From Camelus dromedarius (Eukaryota), in contig NC_087436.1 in assembly GCF_036321535.1 (NCBI RefSeq), positions 23,996,001 through 24,060,000 of the forward strand: a DNA stretch of 64,000 bases, given 5' to 3'. Made by a program: the position numbers and the translations under genes. Shown piece after piece: positions 62,601 to 64,000 of the stretch. Positions within the stretch are counted from its first letter, which is position 1. Each line of letters opens with the position of its first letter. The notes under the pieces are model-generated. The model was given only the letters and a program-made list of their open reading frames with translations, made no database searches and had not been told where the DNA came from.

Positions 62601-64000
62601 ATGTCTATTAATAAGTGAGTAGATAAACACTTTGTGGCGTATCCATACAACAGGATACTACTCAATAGTGAAAAAGAATGAACTACTAATAAACAAAACA
62701 ACATGGATGAATCTCAGAATAATTATGCTGAATGAAAAAGGCAAGATTCAAAAAAAAGCACTACGCTACAAGTTTATATAAAATTCTGAGAAGTGCAAAT
62801 GAATCTATAGTGACAAAAGAAGATCAATAGTTGCCTAGAGATGAGGAGGGCTAGAGGGGAGGGTCACAAGAAAACCTGGGGATGATGGCTTCCTGCATGA
62901 CTCAGGTTCCCTATTCCAAAATGACTTTCCTCTCCTTTGTTCACTGCGTGGAAACTACCTTAGATTATCAAATCCCGATGCCTGGAATCACCTGCCTCTG
63001 ATCATTACTTCCGTGACCCTCTTTCACTTTCAGGCCCACCATTCATCCTTTATCAGTAGTTTTCCCCTCCTGTCCTTATCTCCCTCTTTTTACCCCATAG
63101 TTAACTTCTGAGGTCTGTTATTTCCCCTCAGATTATTTCTTCCAGTTTCAGTTTCTTACTGGTTCTCTCCAACTTAGTACCTCAATATCCATTTCCTGCT
63201 TGCTAATATTTTTAAAATAATTTCCTTTTCCACACCAAGTTTGCAGGTTCAGTCTCCCATTGTGTGACAGTATTAGAGGTCATGTGTTTCCTCCTGTAAC
63301 AGGATCCTCTCTCCCCTCCAACAAGAAGTCAGTAAATACTGGTTGAGTAAGGCTCTCATAGCTGGCCACTTCCCTTCCCCTGACTTCCCCTCTGCAACAA
63401 ATAAATGGTTGGTCTAGATTTAGAAGCTACAGCTGAACATCTAAAGTGTGTAAACACTGAGGACAGGCATCTTTCTCATTCAAACTGTAGTTGCATCCCC
63501 GAAGTCTGGGAGAGTAGAAAGAAGATAATAAAAGTGTGGGACTGGGCTCTGACGGTTTCCAACACTGGGCTGCCTTTTCAAGGCAGCATAAATCTGGAGA
63601 GGCCAATGGCTCATGGGCCCCACTGGAGCCAAAAGGAGATCTACCTATGGAGGGGAAAACTGGGACTTGGCCATTCTGGACCCTACCTGTTATCACTGCT
63701 TCTAACTCCACAGCCTTAGAGAAAACACCAGGCAAGGCTTCTTGTTTCACGTATAAAATGGAAACAGTGAAATATGTGTGCCCCTAAATTTATATATTGG
63801 CAATGGTGCCCGAACCTGGAGCTTCCAAATGAAGCCGAGTATGTGAGAGCTTTGCCATGCGGTCTTTCCCCAGTTGTTCCCTGCACCTGGCCTGCCCCTG
63901 TGTGGAGCAGCAGCAAATGTGAGGATTGAGCTTCAGTAAATGGAAGGCCCAGCCCACCCACAGCCCCAGGAGGAGGACTCCGTCGGGCTGGCTCTGAGGT

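Noticed and set aside
1..64000. CRISPR arrays, rRNA or prokaryotic systems
   Set aside because: Spliced mammalian genes and mammalian repeats throughout; no repeat-spacer array seen.

Overview
Mammalian genomic DNA, very likely camelid (two Vic-1-type tRNA-derived SINEs). Two genes converge tail-to-tail: the last coding exon and 3' UTR of MAML3 (+ strand, 228-~3770) and exons 2-5 of MGST2 (- strand, 61771 down to 33902; exon 1 lies beyond the window). The ORF track misses MGST2 entirely. Between the genes are a pol-less ERV1-like provirus with a nested reverse solo LTR (4.5-10 kb) and a ~20 kb nest of five minus-strand LINE-1-derived insertions (12.0-32.4 kb); three of the inner four have readable target-site duplications (TSDs). 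MGST2 introns hold plus-strand L1s, an ancient HAL1, L2, MIR, MaLR/ERVL LTRs and a hAT MITE. The most notable items are non-autonomous 'half-L1' retroelements. One is a composite element present twice with independent TSDs, whose 3' region is built from antisense L1 ORF2 fragments plus a captured AU-rich tail. The other is a young 5'UTR+ORF1 element that lacks almost all of ORF2, with the junction at a CAG. Family names come from recalled motifs, not database searches, and boundaries without TSDs or splice sites are approximate.
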